Source of the DNA: Rhizorhapis sp.
Lineage (GTDB): Bacteria > Pseudomonadota > Alphaproteobacteria > Sphingomonadales > Sphingomonadaceae
Direction: 5' to 3'
DNA length: 64,000 nucleotides
Assembly: GCF_035276005.1 (NCBI RefSeq)
Contig: NZ_DATEMB010000011.1
Coordinates: 29,175 to 93,174, forward strand
Made by a program: the position numbers and the translations under genes. The notes below the pieces were generated by a model, which worked only from the letters and a program-made list of their open reading frames with translations, made no database searches and had not been told where the DNA came from. Positions 1-10,000 of this stretch are shown in pieces; the stretch's first letter is position 1; every line of letters begins with the position of its first letter.

Positions 1-1682
1 TCCCCGGCGGCGATGAAGTCGTCGAAGACATTCTGCTTGTTGTGCAGCCGTCCGGCCTCGTGCCAGGCCGCGCCGAACTCGCCTCCGCCGCGCAAGTTGG
101 CGATGGCCACTGCGCCACCCTGTTCCAGCCAGGCGAGGCGTGTCGCTGAAAAGCCAGGCGTCAGCGAGATATTGAACCCGCCATAGCCATAGAGCAGCGT
201 CGGGGCGGGCTTTCCGCTTTGCGCCACGTCCGCGCGCCGGACCAGGAACATGGGGATGGGCGTTCCGTCCTTCGACGGATAAAAGACTTGCTGCGTCACA
301 TAGCGGGCTGGATCGAAGTCGGCCCTTGGCTCTGCAAAGATGCTTATTTCGCCGGTCGACGTGTCGAACCGGTAGATGGCCGTCGGCGTGGTGAAGCCCG
401 AAAAGGCGAAGAATGTTTCGGGATCACCGGCTTTGCCCGCAAATCCCGCTGCGGTTCCAATGCCCGGAAGCGGCACATCTCCCGCCGGGCGGCCGTCGAG
501 ATCGACCATTTCCGCCACGGTCCGGGCGTTGATCAGATAGGCGAGGATGATCTTGTCCCCGATCATCGATCCCCCGGCCAATGTCTCCTTGCGTTCCGGC
601 ACGATTTCGACGGGAGCTCTAGCGGGATCGAGTGCATCCAGCGTCACAAGCCGCAGCCGGGACGCAGCCTTGTTGGTCAGGAAATAGAGCTTCGAGCCGA
701 CATTGCCGATCAGCCGCCAATCATGATCAAGGCCCTTGACCAGCGTCCAGGGCTTTCGCGCCGGATCGTCCAGGTCGGCTATGGTGAGCTCATATTTATC
801 GTCCGTCCCTTGGGCCGATGTGATGAGCAGCCATCGGCCATCGTCGCTGACCTTTGCCGTGTGGCCCAGTTTCGGCCGTTTAGGCGTCGCATAGATCAGC
901 TTGTCGGCCGATTGCGGCGTCCCCAGACGGTGATAATAGACCTGCTGGTTGAGATTGGTGGACTGAAAGGCCTCGCCCTCGCTGGGGGCGGCAAAGCGGG
1001 AATAGAAAAAGCCCACGCCCTCCCTGTCCCAGGCGAGCTCGGAGAATTTCACCCAGCGGATTTCATCGGAAAGCGTCTTTCCTGACGCCACATCCAGCAC
1101 ATGCAGGCTGCGCCAGTCCGATCCGCCATCCTGCACGGCGTAGAGCAGATGGGCGCCATCAGGGGACGGCTCCCATTCCGCGAGCGCCGTGGCCCCGTCC
1201 GCTGAAAAGGCGTTCGGATCAAGCAGCAGCCTTTGCCTTCCCGTCAGCCCTTCCCGCACATAGAGGGGCGACTGGTTCTGAAGCCCGCTATTATAGGTGT
1301 AGAAATGGCGCTGCCCGGCCTTGCGCGGCGTACCAAAGCGGTCATGGTCCATCAGCGCCTTCATCCGCTTCTTCAGGATTTCGCGGCCGGGAAGCGTCTC
1401 CAAATAAGCGTTCGTGACTTGGTTCTGCGCCGTTACCCAGTCGCGCACCGTCCTGTCCTGGCGGACGTCATTCTCCAGCCAGCGATAGGGATCGGCGACC
1501 TCTACGCCGAAATGCTTCTCGACCAGATCAAGCCGCATGGTGGGAGGATAGGAAAGCCGCGCCACTGCGGCGGACGAGTCAGCCGGCATGACCGCGTTGG
1601 CTTCACCCGCTGAAGGCGAAAAGGCAATAGCCGCCAAAGGCAGGGCCAGTGCGGATTTCTTCATTCTGCTGCTCTTGGACAT
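1..1682 (-). CDS. prolyl oligopeptidase (peptidase S9A family), secreted; 3' end runs off the window
   Basis: Absent from the ORF track because it is open-ended. My translation from ATG 1682 gives [26 protein letters not shown] (signal peptide). At the window edge it reads [35 protein letters not shown], the conserved block upstream of the catalytic Ser in S9A prolyl endopeptidases. Frame is continuous from 1682 to position 1. An alternative start is ATG 1664. Confidence 0.8.
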   Translation of the reverse strand, partial: MSKSSRMKKSALALPLAAIAFSPSAGEANAVMPADSSAAVARLSYPPTMRLDLVEKHFGVEVADPYRWLENDVRQDRTVRDWVTAQNQVTNAYLETLPGREILKKRMKALMDHDRFGTPRKAGQRHFYTYNSGLQNQSPLYVREGLTGRQRLLLDPNAFSADGATALAEWEPSPDGAHLLYAVQDGGSDWRSLHVLDVASGKTLSDEIRWVKFSELAWDREGVGFFYSRFAAPSEGEAFQSTNLNQQVYYHRLGTPQSADKLIYATPKRPKLGHTAKVSDDGRWLLITSAQGTDDKYELTIADLDDPARKPWTLVKGLDHDWRLIGNVGSKLYFLTNKAASRLRLVTLDALDPARAPVEIVPERKETLAGGSMIGDKIILAYLINARTVAEMVDLDGRPAGDVPLPGIGTAAGFAGKAGDPETFFAFSGFTTPTAIYRFDTSTGEISIFAEPRADFDPARYVTQQVFYPSKDGTPIPMFLVRRADVAQSGKPAPTLLYGYGGFNISLTPGFSATRLAWLEQGGAVAIANLRGGGEFGAAWHEAGRLHNKQNVFDDFIAAG

Positions 1683-1752
1683 GATTCAGGCCGCAACTTA
1701 GGAAGCCGCGGCCTGTTTGTGAAGGTGACTGGGGATTATCGAATTCTTCGAT

Positions 1753-1788
1753 ACATGGCACCAAGGAAAAACATGGCACCAAGGAAAA
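1753..1788. repeat. perfect 18-bp tandem duplication (acatggcaccaaggaaaa x2)
   Basis: Read directly: 1753-1770 and 1771-1788 are identical. The repeat is intergenic, between the peptidase start and the rplQ stop. Confidence 0.95.
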
Positions 1789-1870
1789 CGTCGTCCCTGC
1801 GAAGGCAGGGACCCAGCTTTTCCGCTGTCTTGTCAAGATTAAGCGGTGTCCCTGCCTTCACGGGACGACG
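1789..1870. repeat. REP-like palindromic element, two inverted copies of cgtcgtccc..gaaggcagggac
   Basis: Left arm is 1789-1812 and right arm is 1848-1870 (reverse complement cgtcgtcccgtgaaggcagggac). Each arm is itself a small hairpin. It lies just downstream of rplQ on the minus strand, so it could also act as a terminator structure. Confidence 0.7.
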
Positions 1871-1909
1871 GCTGGCGAGGGCCATGCAGACAGCCCCCGA
1901 AACCCGCCC

Positions 1910-2335
1910 TTACGCCGCTTCCATTTCCTCTTCGTCCGCGCCCTGCACCGGACCTGAATCCTGGCCCTTGGCGGAAACATCGCGGTCGACCAGTTCGATC
2001 ACTGCCACCGGCGCGGCGTCCGACGCGCGGAAGCCCGCCTTGATGATGCGGGTATAGCCGCCATTGCGGTCCTTGTAGCGCTCGGCCAGGACCTCGAACA
2101 GCTTCTTGAGCTGCGTATCATCCAGCAAACGCGCATGGGCCAAGCGGCGATTGGCAAGGCCGCCCTTCTTGGCAAGCGTGATTAGCTTTTCCACATAGGG
2201 GCGAAGCTCCTTCGCCTTGGCCGTGGTGGTCGTGATCTGCTCATGCTTGATGAGCGCGGCCGCCATGTTGCGGAACAGGGCGTTCCGGTGACCCGTGGTA
2301 CGCTGCAGCTTGCGGCCGCCAACCTTGTGACGCAT
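1910..2335 (-). CDS. rplQ: 50S ribosomal protein L17
   Basis: 141 aa starting [37 protein letters not shown], with GGYTRI later in the protein. Typical L17 sequence and typical position after rpoA. Confidence 0.95.
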   Translation of the reverse strand: MRHKVGGRKLQRTTGHRNALFRNMAAALIKHEQITTTTAKAKELRPYVEKLITLAKKGGLANRRLAHARLLDDTQLKKLFEVLAERYKDRNGGYTRIIKAGFRASDAAPVAVIELVDRDVSAKGQDSGPVQGADEEEMEAA

Positions 2336-2412
2336 GTCTTTTACTCCGTTTGTTCAGGGCCCGTATTAGGTAGCCCAGCCCAGGCGGCGACGTTCGGACC
2401 GCCCTGAATTTA

Positions 2413-2498
2413 CGTCATCCTCGCGAAGGCGGGGATCCAGTTTTACTCTACCGCCGCTCACCGAAGGGAGCTGGATCCCCCCCTTCGCGGGGATGACG
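2413..2498. repeat. REP-like 86-bp palindromic element (cgtcatcc.cgcgaaggcggggatccag ... ctggatcccc.cttcgcggggatgacg)
   Basis: The inverted arms of about 28 nt were read directly. The element sits in the rpoA-rplQ spacer and belongs to the same family as the copies at 8023 and 13958. Confidence 0.85.
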
Positions 2499-2509
2499 GC
2501 AATGAGGGA

Positions 2510-3571
2510 TCAGCCCAACAGTTCCTGTTCGAGCTTCTTGGCCATTTCCTCGATATTCTCGGGCGGCCAGCCGGGGATGTCCATGCCAAGGCGCAGGCCC
2601 ATGGACGAGAGCACTTCCTTGATCTCGTTCAGCGACTTGCGGCCGAAGTTCGGCGTGCGGAGCATCTCGGCCTCGGTCTTTTGAACAAGATCGCCAATAT
2701 AGATGATGTTGTCGTTCTTGAGGCAGTTGGCGCTGCGGACCGACAGTTCCAGTTCGTCCACCTTCTTGAGCAGGTAGCGGTTGATCTGGTTCGCATCGCT
2801 TTCCGCTTCGCCGGGCACGGCGGCAGCCACACCGACCGTCGGCGCAGCGGCGGCAAGCGCCTCTTCGAAGTGGACGAAGAGCTGAAGCTGGTCCTGCAGG
2901 ATGCGCGCGGCATAGGCGATTGCGTCCTCCGGCGTCACGGTGCCATCGGTTTCGATGGTCAGCGACAGGCGGTCATAGTCCAGCTCCTGCCCGACGCGGG
3001 TATTCTCGACCTTGTAGGCGACCTGCTTGATCGGGGAAAAGAGCGAGTCGACGGGGATAAGGCCGATGGGCGCGTCCGCCGGACGGTTGGCAACGGCGGG
3101 AACATAGCCCTTGCCCACGTCAGCGGTCAGTTCCATGTTGAGCGTCGCGCCCTCGTCCAGATGGCAGATGACCAGGCCGGGATTCATCACTTCGATGTCG
3201 CCGGACACGGCAATGTCGCCGGCCTTCACCTCGGCGGGGCCGGTGGCGGAAAGCTGGAGCCGCTTGGGTCCTTCGCCTTCCATCTTCAGCGCGACCTGCT
3301 TCACGTTGAGGACGATGTCAGTGATGTCCTCGCGAACGCCGGCAAGCGAGGAGAATTCATGCAGCACATTCTCGATCTTGATCGAGGTGACCGCGGCGCC
3401 CTGAAGCGATGAGAGCAGCACGCGGCGCAGCGCATTGCCGAGCGTCAGGCCAAAGCCGCGCTCCAGCGGCTCGGCAACGAAAGTCGCCTTGCGCTTGGGA
3501 TCGCCGCCCGCCTTGATTTCCAGGCTGTTCGGCTTCTTCAATTCCTGCCAGTTCTTGGTGTTGACAGTCAT
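2510..3571 (-). CDS. rpoA: DNA-directed RNA polymerase subunit alpha
   Basis: 353 aa starting [19 protein letters not shown], with [22 protein letters not shown] and the C-terminal domain block [22 protein letters not shown]. Confidence 0.97.
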   Translation of the reverse strand: MTVNTKNWQELKKPNSLEIKAGGDPKRKATFVAEPLERGFGLTLGNALRRVLLSSLQGAAVTSIKIENVLHEFSSLAGVREDITDIVLNVKQVALKMEGEGPKRLQLSATGPAEVKAGDIAVSGDIEVMNPGLVICHLDEGATLNMELTADVGKGYVPAVANRPADAPIGLIPVDSLFSPIKQVAYKVENTRVGQELDYDRLSLTIETDGTVTPEDAIAYAARILQDQLQLFVHFEEALAAAAPTVGVAAAVPGEAESDANQINRYLLKKVDELELSVRSANCLKNDNIIYIGDLVQKTEAEMLRTPNFGRKSLNEIKEVLSSMGLRLGMDIPGWPPENIEEMAKKLEQELLG

Positions 3572-3667
3572 GTATTTCCCCTGGGATTTGGGCGGGGGCG
3601 TGTCAGCTAACGGTGACCCCGGCCGGTACAGATAAAGGGACGGCGCGTCCGCCGCCCCAAGCCGAGA

Positions 3668-4057
3668 TTAAACGCGCCGGCGCTTGGAAGGGCGCACGCC
3701 ATTGTGCGGGATCGGCGTCACGTCGCGGATCGACGTGATGGTGAAGCCGACCGCTTGCAGCGCGCGCAGGGCCGATTCACGGCCAGAACCCGGACCCTTC
3801 ACTTCGACTTCAAGGGTGCGGACGCCATGTTCGGCAGCCTTGCGGCCTGCGTCCTCCGCGCATACCTGCGCGGCATAGGGGGTCGATTTGCGCGAACCCT
3901 TGAAACCCATCATGCCGGCGGAGGACCAGCTGATCGCATTGCCCTGCGCGTCGGTGATGGTGACCATGGTGTTGTTGAAGCTGGCGTTCACATGCGCGAC
4001 GCCCGCCGAGATATTCTTGCGCTCGCGCCTGCGAAGCCGCTGGGGTTCCCGTGCCAT
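3668..4057 (-). CDS. rpsK: 30S ribosomal protein S11
   Basis: 129 aa containing [30 protein letters not shown] and [13 protein letters not shown]. Confidence 0.97.
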   Translation of the reverse strand: MAREPQRLRRRERKNISAGVAHVNASFNNTMVTITDAQGNAISWSSAGMMGFKGSRKSTPYAAQVCAEDAGRKAAEHGVRTLEVEVKGPGSGRESALRALQAVGFTITSIRDVTPIPHNGVRPSKRRRV

Positions 4058-4172
4058 ATTGCTGTTATCCTATTCCAAATTCCGTGACTTCGAAGGGTCT
4101 CACTCGAAAGGAGAACCGCCTCCGGCGGAGAAGAATTAAGGAATGATCCCCCGGACCATCCCTGAATCCCTC

Positions 4173-4541
4173 TTATTTCTTCTTGCCGGCGATCGGCTTC
4201 GCCTTGCCCTTGCGGGTGCGCGCATTGGTGTGCGTGCGCTGGCCGCGGACGGGCAGGCCCTTGCGATGGCGCAGGCCGCGATAGCAGGCAAGGTCCATCA
4301 GCCGCTTGATGTTCATCGCGGTTTCGCGGCGCAGGTCGCCTTCCACCGTGTGATCGGCGTCGATGGTTTCGCGGATCTGCAACACTTCGGCGTCAGAAAG
4401 GTCCTGAACGCGGCGGGCGTGATCGATGCCCAGCTTGTCGGCGATCTCGACGGCCTTGGTGCGGCCGATGCCGTGGATATAGGTCAGCGCGATGATCACG
4501 CGCTTGTTGGTCGGGATGTTGACGCCCGCAATACGTGCCAT
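4173..4541 (-). CDS. rpsM: 30S ribosomal protein S13
   Basis: 122 aa starting [30 protein letters not shown], with [25 protein letters not shown] later. Confidence 0.97.
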   Translation of the reverse strand: MARIAGVNIPTNKRVIIALTYIHGIGRTKAVEIADKLGIDHARRVQDLSDAEVLQIRETIDADHTVEGDLRRETAMNIKRLMDLACYRGLRHRKGLPVRGQRTHTNARTRKGKAKPIAGKKK

Positions 4542-4714
4542 GTAATCTTTTCTCCTGCTCCACAGGCCGTCTGGCGGACAGCCTATCTCAAAGCTTCGCT
4601 TGCCACGGCTGGGTCCGAAGACCGTCGCTGTGGCGAATGGGTTGTCCCAGGACGCAAAAAGGACGGCGAGCGCTGGAATGCGCTGCCGCGCGACTAATGT
4701 GCCGGGATTGGCGG

Positions 4715-4743
4715 CCTTTAGGTGAGTCGGGCCGGAGTGTCAA
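4715..4743 (-). promoter_or_regulatory. candidate sigma70-type promoter for the rpsM operon
   Basis: The minus strand reads TTGACA (4743-4738), a 17-nt spacer, then TAAAGG (4720-4715), about 170 nt upstream of the rpsM ATG. The -10 is weak. This is a motif match only. Confidence 0.3.
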
Positions 4744-4914
4744 GGGCGCCCTGGCGCGGAAAAGCTTCATTTGGCGCGCCCGGAATAGAGCTTTCGATCG
4801 ATATGGCACCCCGCCGCGCCTGCCGTCGCAGGGGCGGCGAAGAAGCCACAATCCGGACGATTGTGATCATTGACTCCGCTGGACCAGGCAACACTCGCCC
4901 TGTAAGGCGGCGCG

Positions 4915-6072
4915 ATGCTTCCCTCCCGTCCAGCGCCTTTCGTCCTGCTTGATGACGCCCGCGCTCCGGGCGCGGCCGGGGCGCGGCTCTACCGGGATCC
5001 CGTTGATTTGATCGCCGCTTATACGGCAGGCGAGGTTCAACCGGCGTTGGAACGTCTTGCAGCCGCCCAGCACCAGGGGCTGCATATGGCGGGCTATCTC
5101 GCCTATGAAGCGGGTCATGCGCTGGAACAGCGGCTGGCCCCGCTAGCGGCCGCGATTGCAAGCAAAGCGCCATTATTGTGGTTCGGCCTTTTCCGCGGCT
5201 TCACCCCGATCGCTCCTACTGATGTTCCGGGCCTTCTCCCCGCACCAATAGGTCCGCTCGGCAAGGCGGCCCCGATGGTGACACGGCAGGATTATGCCGC
5301 CGCCTTCGCCCGCATCCAGTCCTATATAGAAGCGGGCGACATTTATCAGGCAAACCTCACCTTCCCCTGCGCTGTCCCGGTCCCGAGCGACCCGCTCGCC
5401 CTCTACGCGGCGCTCCGCGACCGAGCCGGAGCAGGCCATGGAGGCGTGCTCTTCACCGGCGACAAATGGCTGCTCTCCTTTTCGCCCGAGCTGTTCTTCA
5501 CGCTGGAAGGCGGCCTGCTCACCGCGCGCCCGATGAAGGGCACCGCCCCTCGCCACAAGGAACGCGCCGCCGACGCGGCCGCTATGGCCGCCCTCCGCGC
5601 TGATCCGAAGCAGCGGGCCGAAAATCTCATGATCGTCGACCTGCTGCGCAACGATCTTTCTCGCGTTGCCGCGCCAGGTAGCGTCGCGGTGCCCAAGCTG
5701 TTCGAGGTCGAAACTTATCCCACCGTCCACCAGATGACCTCAACCGTGACCGCCAGGCTCCGTTCTGGTCTTGGTCCGGTGGATGTGCTGCGCGCGATCT
5801 TCCCCTGCGGATCGATCACCGGGGCGCCGAAGGTCCGGGCAATGGAGATCATCCATGAGGTGGAGGCGCGCGAACGCGGAGCCTATACCGGGTCCCTGGG
5901 GTGCATCTCTCCTGACGGAAATGCGTCCTTCAATGTTGCCATTCGTACTATTTCGGTCGATGAAGGAAGCAGCACGGGGCGTTTCGGCCTTGGCTCTGGT
6001 ATTGTCGCAGACTCCGTCTTGCAGGCGGAATGGGATGAATGCCTGGAAAAGGGAAAATTTCTGGGGGGATGA
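4915..6072 (+). CDS. pabB: aminodeoxychorismate synthase component I
   Basis: 385 aa with a chorismate-binding-enzyme C-terminal signature (ENLMIVDLLRNDLSRV, FPCGSITGAPKVRAMEII, ERGAYTGSLG). Its short length and the adjacent class IV lyase favour PabB over TrpE. Confidence 0.85.
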   Translation: MLPSRPAPFVLLDDARAPGAAGARLYRDPVDLIAAYTAGEVQPALERLAAAQHQGLHMAGYLAYEAGHALEQRLAPLAAAIASKAPLLWFGLFRGFTPIAPTDVPGLLPAPIGPLGKAAPMVTRQDYAAAFARIQSYIEAGDIYQANLTFPCAVPVPSDPLALYAALRDRAGAGHGGVLFTGDKWLLSFSPELFFTLEGGLLTARPMKGTAPRHKERAADAAAMAALRADPKQRAENLMIVDLLRNDLSRVAAPGSVAVPKLFEVETYPTVHQMTSTVTARLRSGLGPVDVLRAIFPCGSITGAPKVRAMEIIHEVEARERGAYTGSLGCISPDGNASFNVAIRTISVDEGSSTGRFGLGSGIVADSVLQAEWDECLEKGKFLGG

Positions 6073-6737
6073 CCCCGGACGCAGGGAAAGACCAGGAAGC
6101 GTCAGTGGCGTCTGAAGAAGGCCGGTTCGATTTGGTGGAAACGATGGCGTTCGATCCCATCGAAGGTGTGCGGCTGCTTGAATATCATCTGGAGCGGATG
6201 ATGCGGAGCGCAGATGCACTTGGATTCGCCTTTAACCGCCACGCCGCCCGCAACGAGCTTCAGGCTGCGACCTTCCGGCTGCGCCAGCTTAGCCGCGTCC
6301 GCCTGCTGCTGTCGCGGCGGGGGGCAATGGCCATCGAAATCCGCCCGCATGAAAGCTGGCCGGAAGCCGTGATGAGGGTCTCCGCCGTGGCGCGTCCCGT
6401 TCCGGCGGAGGATTTCCGCTTGCGGCACAAGACGACGGACCGCGATTTCTATAGCAATTGCCTGCGCCGGGGCGGTACTTTTGAGGTGTTGCTTTTCGAT
6501 CAGGACGGATATTTGACCGAAGGCTGCTTTTCCTCCTTGTTCGTCGAACAGGATGACAAGTTGCTGACCCCGCCGCTTGCTCGCGGCCTGCTGCCCGGCG
6601 TCTTGCGCCAAAGTCTGATCGATATGGGCGAAGCGGTCGAAGCGGACCTGCGCATGCCAGATCTGGAAAATGGTTTCTTCATCGGCAATGCAGCACGCGG
6701 TCTGGTCGCCGCAACTCTGGTTGAACCTGCCGCCTGA
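6069..6737 (+). CDS. pabC: aminodeoxychorismate lyase / class IV aminotransferase-fold protein
   Basis: This is the frame of ORF 6039..6737. I prefer ATG 6069, which forms an ATGA overlap with the pabB stop. The C-terminal region has the class IV pattern GYLTEGCFSSLFVEQDDKLLTPPLARGLLPGVLRQ. Confidence 0.75.
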   Translation: MTPDAGKDQEASVASEEGRFDLVETMAFDPIEGVRLLEYHLERMMRSADALGFAFNRHAARNELQAATFRLRQLSRVRLLLSRRGAMAIEIRPHESWPEAVMRVSAVARPVPAEDFRLRHKTTDRDFYSNCLRRGGTFEVLLFDQDGYLTEGCFSSLFVEQDDKLLTPPLARGLLPGVLRQSLIDMGEAVEADLRMPDLENGFFIGNAARGLVAATLVEPAA

Positions 6738-6802
6738 CCTGTCTATTGAGCGGCCGGTCCGCAGACTCGCGGACGCCTTTCAGAGCAGATAGGAAAGCCT
6801 AA

Positions 6803-8005
<1,203 letters not shown>

Positions 8006-8022
8006 GGCAGAATTCTCTCCAT

Positions 8023-8048
8023 CGTCATCCCCGCGAAAGCGGGGATTC
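8023..8048. repeat. single-arm REP-like unit (cgtcatccccgcgaaagcggggattc)
   Basis: Same core as the arms at 2413 and 13958, with the internal hairpin ccccgc-gaaa-gcgggg. It lies just after the aminotransferase stop. Confidence 0.75.
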
Positions 8049-8182
8049 GCCTTGCCCGCTCTCGTGGACACGTGGAGAGGCAAGAACGTGCCTTCGGTGA
8101 TTTGGTCGCGCTGGGGATGACGCTGGCATTGCAACAGGTTAATCTGGCCTTTCGGGTGCGAACGCATTGGGAGAGAAAGATC

Positions 8183-8530
8183 ATGACCGTAACAGCAAGC
8201 TGTCACTGCGGCGACGTCCGCCTCACCATTCCGGCGATGCCGGCCGAAGCCATGTCCTGCAACTGCTCGCACTGTTTCAGAAAGGGCTTCTTGCTGGCTT
8301 TCTTCCCGGCGGATCAGGTGCAGATCGAATCGGGTGCCGACAAGGTTTCGACATACAGCTTCAACAAACATGTCATCCAGCACCGCTTCTGCCCTACCTG
8401 TGGAGTTCAGGTCTATGCCGATGGCAAAATGCCCGATGGTTCTCCGACCGTGGCCGTCAACCTGCGCTGCGCCGAGGATCAGGATCTGTCGGCATTGAAG
8501 ATCAAGGAAGTCGATGGCCGGAGCTTCTGA
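8183..8530 (+). CDS. GFA (glutathione-dependent formaldehyde-activating / CENP-V-like) family protein
   Basis: MTVTASCHCGDVRL...CNCSHCFRKG...RFCPTCG shows the zinc-binding Cys pattern of the GFA family. The start at 8183 follows a gggagag RBS. The longer ORF from 8072 reads through a REP copy. Confidence 0.8.
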   Translation: MTVTASCHCGDVRLTIPAMPAEAMSCNCSHCFRKGFLLAFFPADQVQIESGADKVSTYSFNKHVIQHRFCPTCGVQVYADGKMPDGSPTVAVNLRCAEDQDLSALKIKEVDGRSF

Positions 8531-8532
8531 TC

Positions 8533-9330
8533 ATGGCAAAGGCGGGCATGATCCGGGCAGGGATTGGCGGCTGGACCTTTGAACCATGGCGGGGCACCTT
8601 CTATCCCAAGGGGTTGCCGCACGCGAAAGAGCTGGAATTTGCAGCCTCGAAGCTGAGTTCGATCGAAATCAACGGTACCTATTACCGGCTGCAAAAGCCC
8701 GAAAGCTTCGCGGCCTGGGCCAAAGCCGCGCCGGAGGGTTTTGTCTTTACAGTGAAGGCTTCCCGCGTCTGCACCAACCGCCGCGTGTTGGCCGAGGCGG
8801 GGGAGGCGGTGACAAAATTCGTCGGCCAGGGCCTCACTGAACTTGGCGATAAGCTAGGGCCGATATTGTGGCAATTCATGCCTACCAAGGCCTTTGATCC
8901 AGACGATTTCGGTGCTTTCCTGAAGTTGCTGCCGGAAAAGCAGGACGGGGTGCGGCTCCGTCACGCGGTCGAAGTGCGGCACGAAAGCTTTCGCGACGCT
9001 GGCTTCATCCATCTGGTGCGAAAGGCCGGTGTCGCCACCGTCTTCGCCGACACGCCCAAATATCCGCAGATCGCCGATATTACCGGCGATTTCGTCTATG
9101 CCCGGCTGCAGGACGCACGGGAGGAGGAACCCACTGGCTATTCGCCTGAAGAACTCGATGGCTGGGCGAAGCTTGCCGGGCAATGGGCCGCTGGAGACAG
9201 CCCACAGGATCTGGAATATGCCGCAGCAGAGCCGGCCGAAAAGCGGAACCGGGATGTCTTCATATTCATGATCAACGGAGCCAAGGTCCGCGCTCCGGCA
9301 GCGGCGATGGAATTGCTGCAACGGCTTTGA
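8533..9330 (+). CDS. DUF72 family protein
   Basis: MAKAGMIRAGIGGWTFEPWRGTFYPKGLPHAKELEFAASKLSSIEINGTYYRL is a typical DUF72 N-terminus. The ATG lies 3 nt after the GFA stop. The track ORF from 8167 is an upstream in-frame extension across the GFA gene. Confidence 0.8.
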   Translation: MAKAGMIRAGIGGWTFEPWRGTFYPKGLPHAKELEFAASKLSSIEINGTYYRLQKPESFAAWAKAAPEGFVFTVKASRVCTNRRVLAEAGEAVTKFVGQGLTELGDKLGPILWQFMPTKAFDPDDFGAFLKLLPEKQDGVRLRHAVEVRHESFRDAGFIHLVRKAGVATVFADTPKYPQIADITGDFVYARLQDAREEEPTGYSPEELDGWAKLAGQWAAGDSPQDLEYAAAEPAEKRNRDVFIFMINGAKVRAPAAAMELLQRL

Positions 9331-9388
9331 GGGATGGCGGGATCATGGCCGTTTTGCCGTTTAGGTGAACTTCATTTGACCTTATTTC

Positions 9389-9412
9389 CGTCGTCCCTGC
9401 GCGGGCAGGGAC
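9389..9412. repeat. single-arm REP-like unit (cgtcgtccctgcgcgggcagggac)
   Basis: Same subtype as the arms at 1789 and 1848. Intergenic. Confidence 0.7.
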
Positions 9413-9500
9413 CCCGCTTCAGTTTTTCCTCAATGACCGACCCAAGACAGCCAGACCGAACCGGCGTTGACACAGACCCGCCCCTGGCGGAGAAGGCGGC

Positions 9501-9962
9501 ATGCGCCCGTTTCTCACTTTCGCCGTCCTTGCCCTCGCTGCCTGCAGCGCAACCAAGCCGGTCGAAAAGGAAGCGGGGAAGGGTACGGAAAGCGCGCGGA
9601 GCATCCCCCTCACCATCCGGTCGGGGGCCAAGGTCCACCGCTTTAAGGTGGAGGTCGCCCGCACACCGGAGGAGCAGGCAAAGGGGCTGATGTTCCGCAA
9701 GGAATTGCCAGCCGACGTGGGGATGCTTTTCCCCTTCGACCCGCCCCAGGTGGCGAGTTTCTGGATGAAGAATACGGTCATCCCGCTCGACATGATCTTC
9801 ATCCGCCCGGACGGCACCATCGCCCATATCGCGGCCAATACCGAGCCCTATTCACTGGTCCCGGTCTCATCCGGCCAGATCAACAGCGCCGTTCTGGAAA
9901 TTGCGGGTGGCCGCGCTGCGGAACTCGGGATCAAGGAAGATGATGTGGTGCGGTGGAGATAG
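9501..9962 (+). CDS. DUF192 domain lipoprotein
   Basis: Starts MRPFLTFAVLALAACSATKP (lipobox LAAC). The DUF192 core is EEQAKGLMFRKELPADVGMLFPF...FWMKNTVIPLDMIFI. Confidence 0.8.
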   Translation: MRPFLTFAVLALAACSATKPVEKEAGKGTESARSIPLTIRSGAKVHRFKVEVARTPEEQAKGLMFRKELPADVGMLFPFDPPQVASFWMKNTVIPLDMIFIRPDGTIAHIAANTEPYSLVPVSSGQINSAVLEIAGGRAAELGIKEDDVVRWR

Positions 9963-10000
9963 AAATTTGCCAACCGGTTCGGGTTGAGCTCGGGCGGACG

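Noticed and set aside
219-1613. Plus-strand ORFs 219..1085 and 1233..1613
   Set aside because: They are antisense to the open-ended prolyl oligopeptidase gene, whose minus-strand translation carries clear S9A motifs.
1603-1836. 77-aa ORF containing VPAFAGTT, and similar ORFs at 7933..8184, 13797..13985 and 13908..14153
   Set aside because: The PAFAG(M/T)T-type peptides are the translation of REP-like palindromes and not genes.
2681-3412. 243-aa plus-strand ORF
   Set aside because: It is antisense to rpoA.
4535-5173. Several 76-151-aa ORFs in and around the rpsM-pabB spacer
   Set aside because: They overlap each other in different frames, are Arg/Pro-rich and have no RBS context. The region is better explained as a divergent promoter and leader region.
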